64,000 nucleotides of DNA from Candidatus Heimdallarchaeota archaeon (GTDB lineage Archaea; Asgardarchaeota; Heimdallarchaeia; JABLTI01). The notes under the pieces are model-generated. The model was not told where the DNA came from. It was given only the letters and a program-made list of their open reading frames with translations, and did not search any database. The stretch covers positions 72,454-136,453 of the forward strand of contig JABCTZ010000011.1 in the NCBI GenBank assembly GCA_018238155.1, written 5' to 3'. This document shows, piece after piece, positions 60,541 through 64,000 of the stretch; the first letter of the stretch is position 1; each line of letters opens with the position of its first letter. The position numbers were made by a program, and so were the translations under genes.

Positions 60541-61479
60541 TTGTGTGAGTTGATTTCCTTGGCACGTTTCCTAGCAAAAGTGATTATTACTCTTGAATCT
60601 GGTTTAAAGAAAGATATCTATCATCAAGCATTACGTCAAATCTCTGCACACAATAAAAGTAACCTCTTAGAAATGATTGGTGTGGATCCTGTTATTTTTC
60701 GCTCAAGAACAAATACAAGCTCTGTTGATTTACAGATTTGGATCACTACAATTACAGGTACAATGTTAAATCGATTAGTATCTCCTCTTTATTTTGCAGG
60801 TGCTCGAAAATATATTTTTATGTGCTCAACAAAAAATGCTCCTAGTTTTGTCATGAATGCCATTGATTTAGCTGCTCAGAATTTCAACGCTTTAAATGAA
60901 ATTATTATTCTTATACCAAAAAGAAGTGCTGAAATAAAACAATCAACACTGAAACGTGATATTACTCAGTCATTTGAAGACAAAGCATTGACAAATTTCT
61001 CTTTCTCTCGATGGAATAAACCAAATGATTTAGTTAATCTATTTGAAAGAATAATTGATGATTTGGTCAATATTTCACCACAAGAATTAGGTTTTGCTCC
61101 TGTTGGATTTGATCTAACTATTGTAGAAGAAATTGTTAAGAAACAAGGTTTCAAAGTAAATCAAAAACATGAGGTAATTATTCTCAAAAACAAATACCTT
61201 TTCAAGCTTAATCTAGAGACAAATAACATTTTTGCTGAAATGAGTGAATGTACTAACTGTGACAAAGAGTGTAAAGTGAGTAAGAAGCTCTGTATACAGA
61301 TTTCTGACAAAGGATTTGCTAATATTACTGGTTTAGGAGACCTCCGTATGCTTTCAATATTGTTTGCAATAGAGAATGAGTCTATATTTAAAGTCAAGGG
61401 AAGAAAGCCACAAGAAGATATTAGTAACCAACTAAAAGAACTGCGAGTGATGTTCAAAAAGAAATGTAGAAAGGAATAG
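60541..61479 (+). CDS. Degenerate Rab/Ras-like GTPase domain fused to a Cys-containing C-terminal domain
   Basis: KVIITLESGLKKD (G1 eroded), MIGVDP (TIGVDF), LQIWITT (LQIWDTAG), LYFAGA (YYRGA); CTNCDKEC...C. Confidence 0.6.
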   Translation: MCELISLARFLAKVIITLESGLKKDIYHQALRQISAHNKSNLLEMIGVDPVIFRSRTNTSSVDLQIWITTITGTMLNRLVSPLYFAGARKYIFMCSTKNAPSFVMNAIDLAAQNFNALNEIIILIPKRSAEIKQSTLKRDITQSFEDKALTNFSFSRWNKPNDLVNLFERIIDDLVNISPQELGFAPVGFDLTIVEEIVKKQGFKVNQKHEVIILKNKYLFKLNLETNNIFAEMSECTNCDKECKVSKKLCIQISDKGFANITGLGDLRMLSILFAIENESIFKVKGRKPQEDISNQLKELRVMFKKKCRKE

Positions 61480-61512
61480 CACCAGCTATCCCTTTTTTTA
61501 AATGAAAATTAA

Positions 61513-62850
61513 TTACTTAAGTAATCCTTTTTCTTTAAGCAATGGTTCTAAAACTGACATCAAATCTGGTTGCCCAATTTCTTGGAGGTCGTATTTGACT
61601 CTAACTGTTTTATGTTTGATGTTAATTAGTTTGGAAAGGTCAATTGGAGTACCGATAACAACTAAATCGCAATCAATAGCGTTGATAGTCTTTTCGAGTT
61701 CTTCAATTTGTTTCGTACCATAACCCATTGCAGGGAGGATAATTCCAAGGTGGTTGTATTTTTCAAAGGTTGCTTTGATTGACCCAATAGCTTTTGGTCT
61801 TGGATCGATTAATTCTTTTGCACCGAATTTCCAAGCGGCAATTGCACCTGCACCGTACTCCATATCACCATGAGTTAATGTAGGTCCGTCTTCTATGACG
61901 AGTACTCTTTTACCTTTGATTTTCTCCCAACCTTCAACTGTAAGAGGAGATGCACCATCAATAACAATTGCTTTAGGATTGTATTCAGCAATGTTTTTTC
62001 TAACAATTGCAACATCAGCTCTGTTTGCTGAATCCATTTTATTAATGATTATTGCATCAGCAGTTCGTAGATTAACTTCACCTGGATAGTAAGATATTTC
62101 ATGACCTGGTCTATGAGGATCGACGACAACAATTTCTAAATCAGATTTGTAGAATGGGAAATCGTTGTTTCCACCATCCCAGATAATGAGATCAGCTTCT
62201 TTTTCAGCTTCGCGGAGGATTCGTTCGTAATCAATTCCGGCGTAAAGGGTTATACCGTTAGTGATCAATGGCTCGTATTCTTCGCGTTCTTCAATTGTGC
62301 AACGGTACTTAACTAAATCCTCAAGAGAACCATAGCGTTGACATGCTTGAGAGTTCAAGTCTGGATCGTAAGGCATTGGATGTCTAATAGCAACAACCTT
62401 TAGACCCATTTTTGAGAGTGAAACAGCGATTTTTCGTGTAGTTTGACTCTTACCGCAACCAGTTCTGACAGCACAGATAGAGATAACTGGTTTCGTGGAT
62501 TTGATAGATGTCTTTTTCTTACCAAGCATCAAAAAGTTTGGTCCTAATCCCATAACTCTTGAAGCAATGTGCATAACATAATCATATGGCAAATCACTAT
62601 ATGATAGAACACAGACCTCTGCTTTAGTCTTCTCAATGACTTCCGCAAGATCTTTTTCATCAAAAATTGGTATTCCCTTTGGATATAACTTACCAGCTAA
62701 TTCTTTTGGATAAGTTCGTCCTTCAATATCAGGGATTTGTGTTGCAGTAAATGCAACGACTTCATAATTTTCATTTTCTCTAAAATAGGTATTGAAATTA
62801 TGAAAGTCTCGACCAGCAGCACCTAAGATTAAAACTTTTGTTGGTTCCAT
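61513..62850 (-). CDS. Predicted P-loop GTPase related to cyclic 2,3-diphosphoglycerate synthetase
   Basis: GAAGRDFHNFN, AVRTGCGKSQ, RHPMPY, TIEEREEYEP, WDGGNND, VIEDGPTLTHG. Confidence 0.88.
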   Translation of the reverse strand: MEPTKVLILGAAGRDFHNFNTYFRENENYEVVAFTATQIPDIEGRTYPKELAGKLYPKGIPIFDEKDLAEVIEKTKAEVCVLSYSDLPYDYVMHIASRVMGLGPNFLMLGKKKTSIKSTKPVISICAVRTGCGKSQTTRKIAVSLSKMGLKVVAIRHPMPYDPDLNSQACQRYGSLEDLVKYRCTIEEREEYEPLITNGITLYAGIDYERILREAEKEADLIIWDGGNNDFPFYKSDLEIVVVDPHRPGHEISYYPGEVNLRTADAIIINKMDSANRADVAIVRKNIAEYNPKAIVIDGASPLTVEGWEKIKGKRVLVIEDGPTLTHGDMEYGAGAIAAWKFGAKELIDPRPKAIGSIKATFEKYNHLGIILPAMGYGTKQIEELEKTINAIDCDLVVIGTPIDLSKLINIKHKTVRVKYDLQEIGQPDLMSVLEPLLKEKGLLK

Positions 62851-63694
62851 AAATTATACTGTCCCTTATTGTTTCTTAACAATAAAAGTTGACTTAATAC
62901 TAATTTGACTTTAAGCTTGTTTATTAAATGGTCGGTCACTTTAGAAATGTGCGTAATCATGAGAAAAGAGGCTATTTTAACATTTTTTCATTGAATCAAC
63001 ATTCGACCAAATGACGGCTATCATACTAAAAGAACAAGAATACGAAACCTACGGATTCTCATTAGAGAGTATTCGAGAACAATAAAAATAGTTGAGGGTT
63101 CGCTCTCAAACAATACTTTTTTTTCGTTCCCAAGCAACCTGTGAGAGAACCAAAACGTTCCGCTCAGAGCGGTTAAACGAGCAAACGATTACTCGTTAGT
63201 GACTTGCGATTTTCCTTTAATTCCGTTCTTCTCCTTTATATTTGAATTACTCCTTTCAAATCGTTTTTGAATCTTTAAGTAGATAAATTTTCAACAAGCT
63301 ATTCCTTATATCGAAATAAGTCAATCAACTTTGTTAATCCTAAATAGTAGTGGTTATTGTGCCGATTGATTCTAATACCATACTTATCATTGTTTTCCAA
63401 GTTCCTTCAATAATATTTTTGGTTATTAATTCATTATCGACTTTATTCTTGAACATGTAAAATATCCCATTTTATTTGTTTCAACTGAATGAATATTTCC
63501 CTTTATTGGGAGTTAGTATTTTTACCTTTCTAAAGAATTTTTAAAGAACGAGAAGCAAAAATATTTTTCATTTAAAATTTTTTCCTCCGACGTAATTTTT
63601 TTTTGAGAAATGATTTTATACTCTCATTGTTTCGTTATTCTGATTACTTCTCGTTGGAGATAGTTAATCGGAGAAAGAAATTGGGTGTATAATT

Positions 63695-64000
63695 TTGAAG
63701 CACACGAAAGGAAAGAAAATTGGTCTTATGATATTTATGATAGCAATTTTTGCAATAATGCCCATCACTTCGATGATTGCTGAAGCAGTTAAAATGGGTG
63801 ATCCGACAATTGAATACGTATCTTCTAAATTACGTGTACCAGAAGAGATGCAAAAAATATCTGATGTTGAGACAGCAATGGATACAGTATATTGTCTTGA
63901 TGTTGAATTACAAGCGACAAAGCGAACAGCAGAATACGTAAATGGTACAATTGAATTCAATGAAGATATCAGTCAATATGGAAAAAACGATTACTACACA
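63695..64000 (+). CDS. Secreted protein, N-terminal fragment (runs off the window edge)
   Basis: Manually read TTG start: MKHTKGKKIGLMIFMIAIFAIMPITSMIAEA... signal peptide, frame open to 64000. Confidence 0.7.
   Translation, partial: MKHTKGKKIGLMIFMIAIFAIMPITSMIAEAVKMGDPTIEYVSSKLRVPEEMQKISDVETAMDTVYCLDVELQATKRTAEYVNGTIEFNEDISQYGKNDYYT

Noticed and set aside
63664-63960. 98-aa minus-strand ORF
   Set aside because: Antisense shadow of the signal-peptide-bearing plus-strand gene starting at 63695

Overview
Low-GC archaeal DNA, most consistent with an Asgard archaeon: it carries a multi-longin protein, a degenerate Rab-like GTPase, an RPA32-like protein, mch, methanogen-type SerRS and an intron-containing tRNA. 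About 18-52 kb and 56-64 kb are mostly ordinary core genes. The left ~18 kb is an accessory island abutting the 3' end of an intron-containing tRNA-Ala(UGC) at 17934-18041 (-). A degenerate copy of that tRNA 3' end at 4237-4263 (20/27 identity) suggests a ~13.7 kb integrated element. Its core is a tightly packed operon (10184-17955): wHTH protein, inactivated Hel308/Ski2-like helicase plus wHTH/Zn-finger (split by a +1 frameshift), a highly diverged Cas1 with an apparently intact E/H/D triad, a small wHTH, an acidic protein, a YprA/Hrq1-like DEAD-box helicase and a metallophosphoesterase. No CRISPR array, Cas2, PolB or tyrosine/serine integrase is visible. The cargo includes PD-(D/E)xK nucleases, an AbrB regulator and a stand-alone LAGLIDADG-HTH protein. 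Outside the putative element lies an MmeI-like type IIL R-M gene whose nuclease motif is broken by an in-frame TGA. A second accessory patch (52-56 kb) holds a LAGLIDADG paralog pseudogene, a TnpA-less TnpB and tRNA-Arg(GCG). An unannotated 34-aa membrane protein at 31421-31525 resembles eukaryotic OST4. All assignments come from motif recognition by eye; no database searches were run.
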